Positions 52,701-64,000 of a DNA stretch of 64,000 bases are shown one piece after another; within the stretch, counting starts at the first letter, position 1, and every line of letters begins with the position of its first letter. Both the position numbers and the translations under genes were made by a program. Origin of the DNA: Tubulanus polymorphus (Eukaryota > Animalia > Nemertea); contig NC_134034.1 in NCBI RefSeq assembly GCF_964204645.1, positions 5,678,914-5,742,913 of the forward strand, written 5' to 3'. The notes under the pieces are model-generated. The model was not told the origin of the DNA, did no database searches, and saw nothing but the letters and a program-made list of their open reading frames with translations.

Positions 52701-55700
52701 TATTCACCGATAGTTTCGAAGAGTTACTTAATTGCTGTATGCTACTACAAATCTACCAATCAATTCCAAATCTTTTTTAGGGATGTTGTTGAGTATTCAG
52801 CGGATTTACTGATCATTCTTGCTACTTATATGGTGTTTAATTGCATACAGGTACGTTCCTTCTCAGCCCCTGGGCTCAAAAAAACCAAAATTAGAACATC
52901 ACAGTGCAGGCCCGTGAGCAGGTTTACAGGTAACCCCTCTTTGCTTGATAGTGCCCTCTTTCTGAGGTACTTTTTATGATATAAACTGAGAGAAAGAAGG
53001 CATCATTGGGCACCCTTTCCACAAAAAGGTCACCTTCATATAGACGCAAGGGGCGATCTCTTTTGTAGAAAAGGCACTTGTTATGCTAGACGGCATCCTT
53101 TCCACAAAGAGGACACCTTTATTGACGCAAATCTTTCAAAAATAGCACTTTTTAGTACCTCCGGGCTCCCTTTCCATAAAAAAGATGTCAATTTTTACAT
53201 TCAGATAACCTTAGATTTCTTCCTGGGCCTGGAACCCCCAAGCCTCCGCCCTAGTTTATGAACCCAAGAACTTTATTGGTTGGATTGACCCCAGAACAAA
53301 GATATAATGGTGGCAGCCACTGTTCTGTAATTCTGTAATATTCTTTAAAATTAGCTGCCCTTTTATACGAAATAGCCTCCACTCTCTTAATCCTGCCTAC
53401 GGGCCTGCAGAGTGTGACTGGTAACAATCTAAAATGGCTCGGTATGAACATGCTGGGTATTGCATTTTCTTCCTTTTTGAAGCCATAAGAGTTGGCAGAT
53501 ATTAAATAATGAAACAAATGTCTTGTGATTTATTTCAGGGGGTATGTGCAGGCATTTTGAGGGGCTGTGGAAGGCAGCTAATAGGTGCTATAGCGGTGTT
53601 CATCGCGTATTATGTGCTGGCGCTACCTATCGGTGTCCCAGTCATGTTCAAAACTCACTTAGAAGCAAGGGGTACGTCTTCTTTATTTTCATACCATGAC
53701 CATCATAACTGATATTTTATCCTTTTGCTGCTATGCAAACTTATGATTACCAGCCAATAATACCATACCTTGATAATTTCCATATTTCAGGATATTGGTG
53801 GGGATTGACGATTGGACTGTTTGTCGAGGCCATGTCCTTTTTAATTATATTTGCAAAAACTGATTGGAACTATCAAGTGGAACAGGTAGATGCATACTGG
53901 GATCAGAATGGAAATGATGGGGTTTGTCAGTGTGGTTGAGGACTGTTGATTTTTTGGCCGAGTATAAGATGTTTTCATTTTGTTAAAGGCGAGAAAGAGG
54001 GCCGGTTTCACTGATGATATGGCAGGACCAGTTGAAGAAGATATCATTTTATCCAGCGAGAAGATACCCGCTAAAATAATGCTATCCCGCGAACATATCC
54101 CGATGCTGTCGAAAGAGCATATCGCGTTAGATTACAAGTCCAGTTTTCGCAGCCTTCAATGTCACAACAGCCCGCCGAAAGAAACAAACAATCAAAGCAA
54201 TTTAGGAAAATACCGAGCTGGAAATTTTGACGCTTCTAACTCAAGTCTACCTCATGATAGGGGTAACTTAAGACCGGAGGGTAAACGCACATTCTCACAG
54301 ACGGACTCGGTATTTTCATCACGGGATCGCAGTGTGTCAAGGCTAGAAACGAGCGGAAGTCCGAGAACACTGTTTGGTGTAGACAAGAATTATACAAGTT
54401 CCTACTCAATTGCGGGTTCTCACATGAGTGATTCTAGTCGTACGTATTTCTTTACAACAACCTAATACATAGAATTCCAAATGTAATGCTTTCATCTTGT
54501 TTCATAGCGTCTTGGTGCAATGTCGTCTGTTATACAAACAGATAATTCGTCGTTTTCTCTTATCATCTACACTTGCAACGGTGGGCACTCCGACAAGCTT
54601 TTGGGGACATTTTACCATTGTGGGTGAATATCGATGGAAAATATTTAAATCAATGGTGGTTGACAAACAGTATTTTGATTTGTATTCATTAGTAAACCTT
54701 GATTGTGTATTTTCTAGGAAATAATGCCGATTTTAGGTACGTTTGGATTCAAGTAATGGCTTTGAGCTCGCACTTTGCGCTTTTATTGTGTGCATACGAT
54801 TGTAGCTGCACCGTTTGTGTCATACACAACTTTGTCACAAACGAATTACAAGGACCTTTATCATTATGTTCTTCTTGGTTCTATCTTCAGTTATTTTAGG
54901 TTTTCTATATTTCTATATTTTTTTTAATGAATTAGCCACAGCATTCTGTCTGTTTAAGCCAACTTGGGACTAGTCCCAGCGGGCTGTTGCATTTACTTCA
55001 CTTATCGTACGGCTGACTGTAGCCAGCATCTATAGTTTTCTATTGGTATTGATATAACCCTTAGGTACCGTATCCAACTCCCCTCGGCACAACTGAAACC
55101 CAAAAATATGCCCGATCAGAATCAAGTTGTTCGGCTTGTGGCCATTTTGGTTCGGAAAAATCAGCACGTTTGTACATTTTTTATGTTTTCATGGGAGATT
55201 TTGAAGACGCTTTATAAATTGATTGTCTTGAGGTTTCGGATGCATATTTATCCCTCCGGGGCATTGCATCAGAAGAATGATCGGAAAGTGTATTGTTCTC
55301 GCGACCAGGGGGAGTTGAACATTATTACATATTTTGATTTATATTGGAACCTATTTATATTTTGTGTTCTCAATAGTAATATTCACAATCTCAATAGCAA
55401 AGTTGTAGATCATGAAATTATCTATGATTGTGGGGATTTTCAAGTCATTAGCTTGTTCATACATTCACCAGGGGGCGTTGAATGGTGGAATTACGTAGTG
55501 TTGCCATTTATGTTGGGACCTATGCGTATTTTGTTACCACATTCAATTGCAAACTCATAGCTTATGGGCTGTCCGTTAAAGATGTTCAAGATCGATGGGG
55601 GAGAGAGTTTGTGAATTTTGGACTTTTGAAGTTTGGACTTCACTTCCTATGTAAGCCAGAACAATTCGTATCACTTAGAGCATTACATTGATGATAACTT

Positions 55701-56699
55701 CAACTTCAAAATAGAGGAGAAATGGTTCACACACGCATTTCACGTGGGCATGGTGTCCCAACACTAGTTTATCCAGTTCATTCTGGTTTCCTTGTTCTTT
55801 TCAGCTTTTTTTCTATAACTTTTGATGATCCCGAGTTTCTGTTTTGATCATCATTTCATCTATTCAGTTCTTGCTCGTTTAAAATTCGCTTGACATAGTT
55901 TTCATGTATTTCTGGTCATGCCGGACCCCAGGGGTGGATCTAGGATTTTCCATGGGGGTGTCCAATGAGAAAAAAGGGCACTTTTTACGAAATACCACGT
56001 ACTCTGAATACTTCTACACCATTTTAGGGGGTGCTTTCGGTCATTTCATGCGTTGAAATAATATTATAGGTGGAAAACCTTGGTCAAAAAAATTTTAGGG
56101 TGACATTTTTGAGGGCACTTCAAAGTTGAGGGGGGGGGGTTCGGACACCCCGACATCCCCCTTAGATCCGCCCTGGACCCAGTTTTACAGCAGCTCAGAA
56201 TCAATATTGATTAGAAACTCATTGATTAACTCATTGAAAATGAACTAATTTCAGCTCATAGTTAGCTTTACATTGACCGTGGAACTGCATCCAGCAGGGG
56301 ATTTTTGGGAATTGAGAAATTCTAACGATATTCTGACATGAAGATTTACTTTCAGGAGCTGGAAAACCGAGACGAATTGAAGTGCTGAAATTATACAACG
56401 GTCCACATGTTGGTAGTCAGCAGAACATTCACGTACAGGAGCGGAATGAGAATCCAGTTCGTCTATCTTTTAGACAAATACTTCTTCGCCGTGGATTAAC
56501 GATAGGTTTGCTTCTGGTTTTTCTGGCAGTAGGAGTATTTTTACGCCTGAGATTCGCTGTCGAATACCCTCTTAAGCTGAACTGCATTCCGATGCCACAA
56601 AATAGTTCACATTTACCAGGAAATGTGACAGGGTCATATTACTGTAATAGCGCTGATATAATAAATGTAACGACGATATCAAATACAACGTTCGGTTGA
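37709..56699 (+). CDS. Multidrug and toxin extrusion (MATE, SLC47-family) transporter, 18 coding exons
   Basis: Exons 37709-37885, 41320-41421, 44432-44500, 45463-45511, 45647-45746, 46288-46330, 46491-46535, 49147-49244, 49584-49681, 50384-50497, 50729-50796, 51012-51120, 52293-52368, 52781-52850, 53539-53671, 53791-53885, 53989-54439, 56356-56699; phases are consistent. Motifs FCGRLG.EELGGVALA, DTLISQSYG, IGIYLQRG, TW.GWS..SLQDW, LEW.AFEIG, GILRGCGRQ..GA, YY...LPIG, G.W.GL and the 13th TM LLRRGL...GVFLR. Confidence 0.95.
38318..38355. mobile_element. 38-bp perfectly palindromic mini-element with 7-bp TSD
   Basis: CATGGACGTATAAACTAGATCTAGTTTATACGTCCATG flanked by GTCTAAC on both sides. Confidence 0.7.
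38656..38712. repeat. Perfect inverted repeat, 28-bp arms, 1-nt spacer
   Basis: CACAGAAATAGCGGGCGTTTTTCTTTAA-A-TTAAAGAAAAACGCCCGCTATTTCTGTG. Confidence 0.9.
38763..38809 (-). ncRNA. Minimal type I hammerhead ribozyme-like motif, core mutated (GAAA to GUAA)
   Basis: CAC-CUGAUGA-A-GCUACU-loop-AGUAGC-GUAA-GCUC-GUG. Confidence 0.55.
38830..38870 (+). ncRNA. Minimal type I hammerhead ribozyme (Penelope-type)
   Basis: CAC-CUGAUGA-A-GCUA-loop-UAGC-GAAA-GCUU-GUG: stem I CAC/GUG, stem II GCUA/UAGC, palindromic stem III AAGCUU. Confidence 0.65.
41504..42766 (+). mobile_element. Full-length DINE/HINE family A element in MATE intron 2
   Basis: 5' T-run, subTIR GCCCACTTGGG within a hairpin, (CGTC)n tract, four units of about 154 bp, 3' subTIR CCCAAGTGGGC, short stem-loop and CTAG-TTTT end; no TSD. 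Confidence 0.9.
43445..44260 (+). mobile_element. Old diverged relative of DINE/HINE family A
   Basis: TTTTTTGCCCACTCGGG start, CGTCCGTCGTTCGTCCG tract, colinear similarity, AAGTGGGATGATGTCCC end. Confidence 0.6.
46809..47829. mobile_element. Foldback-like element with modular TIRs enclosing a 59-60-bp minisatellite
   Basis: TGTAGGTTAGTTTTACTTGCCGACAT repeats on the left (2) and inverted on the right (about 4-5); about 11 inner units GATCCCAGCCACTTTAT.TAAGGGTAATCCACGCACAC (46917-47560). Confidence 0.75.
47841..48001. repeat. Short tandem duplication (about 75-86 bp, 2 copies)
   Basis: CACATTGATT.CTTTTTGTGATAAGTCTCGTCGTTCTAATTTTCCGT...GAGCCGTCAGCTACGTAAGCTCAGCTGA occurs twice. Confidence 0.85.
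51391..51432 (+). ncRNA. Minimal type I hammerhead ribozyme within a Penelope-like terminal repeat, MATE intron 12
   Basis: ACAC-CUGACGA-U-GAUCUC-UAGGGU-GAGAUC-GAAAC-GUC-GUGU: stem I ACAC/GUGU, 6-bp stem II, palindromic ACGU stem III, GUC cleavage triplet; AATAAA downstream. Confidence 0.75.
52907..53407. mobile_element. MITE
   Basis: CAGGCCCGTGAGCAGG / CCTGCCTACGGGCCTG ends; flanks CACAGTG and CAGAGTG. Confidence 0.55.
54953..55770 (+). mobile_element. Diverged DINE/HINE family A-related copy
   Basis: AGCCAACTTGGGACTAGTCCCAGCGGGCT start; GTGGGCATGGTGTCCC..CTAGTTTT end. Confidence 0.75.
55929..56175. mobile_element. Short MITE
   Basis: CAGGGGTGGATCTA / TAGATCCGCCCTG ends flanked by GACCC on both sides. 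Confidence 0.55.
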
Positions 56700-58785
56700 A
56701 CCAAGATTTTTAGATAGATGACTTGGCCTTTATCTTGGTTGATCACGCATTCATGTACATATGCCCCTGAATGCGTTCGAAATCGCAAAAATACACACCT
56801 TGAACAAATCATTGTACATGTAATACATGCACATGAGAATAGAAATAAAAGGCAGTTACAATGTAACTGTATAGCTGATAGTAAAATAAAGTACAAGAGG
56901 GGTAATGAAGTATGCTGCCTAAACAGTAACCTGCGAGTATGTACTCACTCATATCCTTCGGGTCAGTTCAGATTATTGAATGCCAGCGTGTAAATTGTAC
57001 GCTTTGATGCAACATGTTGCGGTAATTGACTTGATTCCTAGTTGACTCTAAAACGGTGCGTGTGTCTAGAGCTAACCGGTGATATGAATTGTGCCCTTAG
57101 AGCAAGAAAGAATTGTTTATAGAATCAAAATTATTTCACTTTCAAAAGATTAATCACATCAAGGTTGGAAAAATAACGTTTTTAGTCATATAAATATTTT
57201 CTATTAATGATGATGTATTTCTGCTTAATTCTATTTTGTGATGCATTTCGGTCTTTTCAATCCTTCATCGAAGCTTTTTAAACATTAGTAAAGTGAAATC
57301 CCACAATTATGATTCGTAAGACCAACGTGAATCTTACAACCTTCTCGTGCATCTAGTTCTATTCAGTAAGAAACATGTGTATTTTCAGTTTACCCACCAA
57401 AAGTTACGTTGCCAAATTGAATAATTCAACGCGCCTGGTCTAGTCAGATATTACGTATTTGAATATAACCTGCATGTTTTTATCATGATTGTAACAAAGC
57501 TAAAAAAAAAAAACATTGTATCATTGTCGAGCCCGTAGCGGGGCGTGCTTTTCGTTAAAAATATGGGTCATTCGGCCGTTCGAAGTTGATAACTTTTCTC
57601 ATCAAATCGTGAAGCCTCGCATCACTCCCGATAGCCAAATCAAAAAGAATTAATTAAGTCCGAAATCCGGATGAGATTGCATACGGTCGTCTCTTTCTAT
57701 AGAAAATAGACGCGCGTGATGAAACGTTGCACAATCGTCATTTTTTTGCAAGTGAATGGTGTATTGGTACTGCATTTTATTGAACATATTGATTTTTCTA
57801 TGAAGTAATGGAGCAAGGCAAAATAATCCGAGTAGAAGAGACCAGTAAGTTTTGTTCTTGTATCCTAATATTACCAGTCAATCACTAGAGAAAAATGATA
57901 ATTGATTGCCACGATGTTCATCTGTACGATTTTTATTTTCTATATTGGGGACCATTCATTCGATTTTTACTTTACTTCACTTTATGCTGATAACCTCAGG
58001 TCATTTACATATGACAATTAGAGTGTAATACTTACAAGGAAAAAAGGTACATGTATGATTACAGATGGCCGAAAGTTTAAATGAATGTTTTCATAACAGT
58101 TGATACAAACGTACACAAATCATTTAATACATAATTTTTCTGTTTCATCGAAGCTCTGAATTTGTGCATATGCAATATACGCATATGCATATGCAATAAT
58201 TTTGCATATATGTACGTTGATATGTAAAGAGCTGATATTACTAAAGGCATTAGTTTTTGACTCGAAGGACATTTGTATTTTCATCGAAACTGGACCAGGC
58301 TATCCTTGGACATGTCCTTGATGCCCTCTATTTAATTTAGTGCCTTTATTTTACTGTAATATTGATGTGAAGAATCGACCAATATTTACCGAACCTCCAC
58401 GAGATGCATACTGTCTTATACACACTAAAATGATTCTCACACTGCGTATCTCAATCTCAGGTATCGCCTGTATAATTAGTTGGTCTATCCATAGTTTAGG
58501 TATGATACTTAGGATGACATTCCCACCCATTCACAAAATGATTAGGTATGTGACCCTAAAGATTATGCCATTTACTCCTGCATTTGTTTAAGATTTTGTC
58601 AGATGTTTTACATAAAGAATATGTACATTTCTTGGTCTGGTCCACTTGACCTTGGACCAAGTATCTGAAAAAAAAATCCCCCTCCATCTCATATCAGTAT
58701 AATACAAGGAATATTTTTTTGTGTTTAAAAAGAGAAAATCGTCTGGCCTCTTATTGGAAAATATGGAAATACGAGTTTATTTCCA

Positions 58786-60060
58786 TTTTTAGCCCACTTG
58801 GGACTTTAGTTCCAGCGGGCTATTGCGTTCACTTTTCGTCCGTCGTCCGTCCGTCCTTCCGTTCGTCCGTCCGTAGACGGAATCTAGTTATTTTGGGAAG
58901 TTTTGAAGACGCTTCAAGGTAATGTCTTGATATTTTGGTTACACATGTATCTACCCTAGACACATCTTCAGCCCCAAAACTGGCCCTGTCAGATTTAAGA
59001 TGGCCGACTGGCAGCCATCGTTGTTCGCCAAAATCAGCACTTTTTACACATTTTTTAACTTTTTGAGGGAAATTTTGAAGATGTTTTGATCAATAACCTT
59101 GATCTTTCGGATACATGTGAATCCCCCCAGGGCCCAATAGCACAACAAAAATTGGGTCGATCGGACTCAAGAAGGCCGTCCTATGACCTTTTTAGTGCCC
59201 AAAAATGTTAATTTTGGCCCGAATTCCGAGTCCTGTAGCTTCCTACTGGTTTACCATTTCTCATTGCAATTTGTGATGGGTATTCTTTGGAAAGGGATGT
59301 TTTATACCTGAGACAGGTATTTTTCATCAGCCAATTATGACGCAATTGGCGGCCATCTTGGTGTCACCAGTACTCATTCGTAAGTGGGAAAAAGTTTTTC
59401 CACATTATATTGATACCTAAGCATATTTTGTTACCACAATCATTTAGAAAGTTGTAGCTCATAACGTATTCTATGATTGTGGTTAGTTTCAAGGTCATTG
59501 GATTTTGTATATGGCCACCAGGGGGCGTTGAATAATGCAATATCTTAGCATATCTATATTATATTCGTACCTATGATATATTTTGTAACCACAATCAATT
59601 GGAAAGTTGTAGCTCATGACATCATCTATGATTGTTGCGATTTTTAAGGACATTAGTTATTCTATATGGTCACCAGGGGTAGTAGAATAACTTAATATTT
59701 CCTTATTAAATTGGTACTTAGGCATATTTTGTTACCATGATCAATTGCAAAGTTGCAGTTCATGACATGTTCTATGATTGTAGTAAGTTTCGAGGTCATT
59801 GGATTTTGAATATGGTCACCAGGGGGCGTTAAATAGTAGAATAACTTAGTATTTCCATATTAAATTGGTAACGAGGCATATTTTGTTATCACAATCAATT
59901 ACAAAATCGTAGCTGCTGATATGTTCTATGAGTGTGGTGAGTTTCAAGGTCATTGGTTTTTGTATATGGTCACCAGGGGGCGTTGAATATTGAAATTATT
60001 AGATTGTTGAGCATTTGGAACCACTTCCCAATTGGGCAAGGTGTCCCTGGACCCCTAGTT
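58786..60060 (+). mobile_element. Full-length DINE/HINE family A element
   Basis: Highly similar end to end to 41504-42766, with the same termini. Confidence 0.9.
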
Positions 60061-63000
60061 GTATTTTAAAAAAGCTCATAAACAAAAAATGGCCCACCCG
60101 CGTCGTGTCATGTTTAGAACAGAGGTTTGTGTTAGAAACGAGGTACAGTCAACCTCGCTTAATTGGTACCTCTTGGGACGGTGGTTTTTTTCTACGAATT
60201 AGTCTTAGTGTTTCATTCGACGACACTTCGTATTTTGTTTTCTTTGAATTATGTATAATTAACGAAGATTCAATGTTTAGAAAAAAATAATAAGAAAGTT
60301 TCCCCTCTGTAAGGAAATGGAGGTTTTACAGTGCAGTTTCAATATCAAATTTGTATCTCATAATTATCAGTAAAATAACATATCCAAGCAGTATGAGATC
60401 GTTTGTGATAGACACTAATATCGATTAAGTAATTACCAACTTTGGAGAAAGATGATTAATATCATAGTTCTGCATAGTTAATTGTATGTTTGGCAGTCTC
60501 TCACGTGTCAGTTTGACGTCAACTCGAGTCATCCTTTACAAAAATGTAATATGCATTTTTGAGATAGAACAGAACAGAACAGAGACGGAAAGTTGGAGTG
60601 AGATACGCCGAGTAAGTCTCGAATCCAACAAGGGCCGACCTGCGAGTCGTGAGCTCCGGATTTTATAGTGTTTAGGGCCGATCTGCGAGTCGCGAGCTCC
60701 GGATATCATAGCGTCAAGGCCGACCTTACAAATTTACAGTAAATTTATCAACGTCACATCATCGAACACACGTATACTAGTTAATATTCTCATCGTCTCA
60801 TGGATTTAAAGAGACATTCGATCGCTTCCGATAGAGACCATTGCTTTCTCTCTACAATATACGTACGTGCGGCATCAGGATCACTAGCAGTGAGCACGCT
60901 TCCTGCTGATTGGTGAAGAATTTACGAAAATAAAGGATTATGTTCACCTCCCAATCATTTCGAGTCCATCAAATCCGTAATCCAACCTATGATAAGAACG
61001 GCCTAAACGATATATTAGTAACAATAATGAAACAGACAGCGAACTATTAAAGAAGGCTAATCATCGTAGTTGATGGCAACAAATGTTCCATTTCAAATAA
61101 CTTCCGATTATAAATGCAACAATTTTAATCCAAGTAGACGTTATCTCAAAGAAAAACCATTGCAATCAACCCGTAAAAATGATTCACAATTCCATTTATT
61201 CCTCTTAGAAATTCATTGATCACTTACATTTTACACATTAAATGTCATACCGGTAATTACACGAGAGTATTGGGTGAAACCAACCAGGAAAAACAACTTT
61301 TGCAGTATGCATCAGTATTCATGAATTTACCTAGGTCCCATTTTGACAACGGACAGCTTAAGGATTTCATAAACTATTACAAATTCGGATTTTCCATTTG
61401 ACCTCTTTCATAACCCAAATTTGTTTTTACATTTTTTGTTCATGTAGGCCTACTTATACGAGAAAATAAACCCTTAAATTTCGCTTTGCTTCAGATATTG
61501 AATAAATAGAATGTCTAGTCTGTTTTTCACTACGTCCACGCAAGTGAATATTTTTGAGCAAATCGTTAGCAACAAATTCGCAGAAAATTATCTCTGCTCG
61601 GGACATCTACATAGATACCATGTTTAAAATACGATTGATGTCTAATCGGCCAGGTATTCTTTAAGTTATCGTAGTAAAACTCACTCATTTGGACCGGTTT
61701 AACGGAAGCTTATGTACCTTATGTTGAGGGTATCTAAGTCAACTTTCCTCTCCAAATAATTTTGCTCTTATTGTCAAACTAATTTTTCTTCAAACCGATC
61801 TTTGGGTTACAATAGTGGGTATGCAGCTTTGCAATATCAACCAAAACAATTGGTTCACTAAAAGACCACCGTTTGCAGCCTGTATTTTATGAATTGAGAG
61901 CAAGTTGTGGCCAAAACACACAATATTTATTGAAATCGTATCATGTTGTACACGGTGTTATATACGTATTGATCGAATTCTAATAGCAATATTAAAATAG
62001 CAAATAACGCTTTAACGTGAAATTGCTTTTTGCAACATCGACACTATTCGACTAAAACTTCGGACAAGAACGAAAAAAGCCAGATCATGATAACAGGCCT
62101 AGTTGCAGCACGTTACTCCATTGAACGCTAAGACTAAATGGTTGGTCGATCCTGAGTAAAGGTAAGCTTACTCTGTGGACCATCCCTCGAACAAAAACCG
62201 ACCAATAAATCGCATATAAATAATTGAAAGTTTACTGAAGGTTTCGTTACCCTGCTAATCTGATCAATTTCTGGACACACATGCATCAGACCATTTGTCG
62301 CTTGATATCAAAACCCTACACTTCCACGTATGATATTTGACTTTAAATCAACTAGTATTCGATTATCTCCCAAACATTATTTGGGACATATGCTTACCAC
62401 GGGAATGAATAGTCACTTAAAATATAACGGCATATTCTCTATGGGTGCCTGTTATCATGTTAAGGTAATTATGGAATTGTTTTTATCAAATGGTTAATAC
62501 GAACCATTCGGTTAGAACGATGATTTTTCATTTTCCCACGGACATGTACTAACGAGATTCGACTGTATGAAATATCTCAATGCTTAAAGACAGTGGCGCA
62601 AAACGTTACATATACGTAATTATTACAACTCTGAGAAACAATGGCCTCGATAAACTAGGATATCAAACACGAATAACTATCAACTGCAAAAAATAAAGTA
62701 GCACCATAAATATCATTCGTTGAAATATAGCTCAAGGTATATTATGTTACGGAAATAAGATTTAAAAAATCAATTCTTTCTAATCGTAACTGAGTATAAA
62801 AGGTTACAATTCCCATTGAAAAAAATTTTGATCGAAATAATTAGTAAACTCTCGGTCACAGGATGGACTTTGGGTCAAAATCTGATAACAGAAATAACTT
62901 CTCTATCATTTAAACCATCATGATGATGGTGATGATAAATATAATTCTAATAATGATATAATAAAACCAACAGCTTCTTTTTGTACGTATAAATAGACAT

Positions 63001-64000
63001 GTCGATAAAACTATGATACTATAACAACAAATCATGGGTGAGCTCCACACAATATCAATTATCTGATTATCATTATATCATAATCGAAATCTCAGGAAAA
63101 CCTATCAATGGACAAGCCTAATAAAGCCATATGTACCTAAACTTATATGCAGGCTTTAGCCAGAGAAATCTTAAAAAGAGAACTCACAAGGTAGCTACAG
63201 TTTGATTATATTAGGCAATTTATATTTGTCTACGCACAGGAGGCAATCGACGTCCTTGCGATGCTGCAACGTCGCTGTTGTCTTAGCAACCTATGCACGC
63301 TGCTCTACGGCCGTTTCGGCGATCAATACATTGGTGATGTCATCGTGCTACGTACCGTGTACAAACGCAGCGTATAAAAAATTAGATTTATAACTAGTGC
63401 TTCATTCTTTGATTGTACGGGGAACATCAATCCAACTGAAAATAAGCGTATTTAGAACCTAACTTTAAATTATTCTTCTAGAGCTTTGACACACCGATGT
63501 ACGTATGTTAACGCGATCTGACAAATGGGTGAATCCATAATATAATGTATATATCCAGAGAAAGTGAAATGACGTCATTCATGATAAGGGCGACTTGAGT
63601 TTTTACCCTACAAACCACCCGAGCGATTAGATTCACCGTTTCGAGTTTTAAACAATTAGCCATGCGATTAACTCTAAAGTGAAGAATAAATACATATACC
63701 TTTTTGATATTACGTATAGTTAGTACATGAATCAGTACATTCTTTTTACAATCGTCCCTGCTTGCTGGCCTTTAATTCCGCACGGCACGAGGGAGAGATT
63801 TAATTGACACGGTGTACACGCATTTTACGATATAACTATGATCGCAAATATGAGATACATAATTGATAATACAGGACAACAGTAGAAAATACGTAGATCA
63901 GTTGAATGTAAGTATAGCTGCTGCGCTTTTCGGGTGCATGTCCACTGAACAGACAGTTGAGTAAAAGCTAATTTCGAATGTGTTCGAATAGGTCTGATCT

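Noticed and set aside
57000-63100. Short ORFs from the six-frame track
   Set aside because: No motifs or coherent splice structure; several lie inside HINE repeats

Overview
AT-rich, intron-containing animal (probably invertebrate) DNA, not prokaryotic. Two host genes are visible. One is a single exon of a glyoxalase II (HAGH-like) gene on the minus strand (9340-9497). The other is a complete 18-exon MATE/SLC47-family transporter on the plus strand (37709-56699). The first 28 kb is a cluster of nested mobile elements: a young full-length BEL/Pao LTR retrotransposon inside a Helentron-like element inside a DINE/HINE-type element, followed by Gypsy, hAT and piggyBac-like remnants and a second decayed BEL/Pao whose integrase is split by three insertions. 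The most interesting insertion is a 5.2-kb element (18532-23714) with 64-bp TIRs and an 8-bp TSD. It has no recognisable transposase but carries an apparently intact spliced gene for a Ulp1/SENP-type protease fused to a PHD finger, with an array of tandemly duplicated symmetric exons. By inference it is a candidate transposon-borne anti-silencing factor. Other highlights are a second tRNA-His-complementary site next to the BEL/Pao PBS and minimal hammerhead ribozymes in MATE introns. All calls come from manual reading and motif recognition; no database searches were run.
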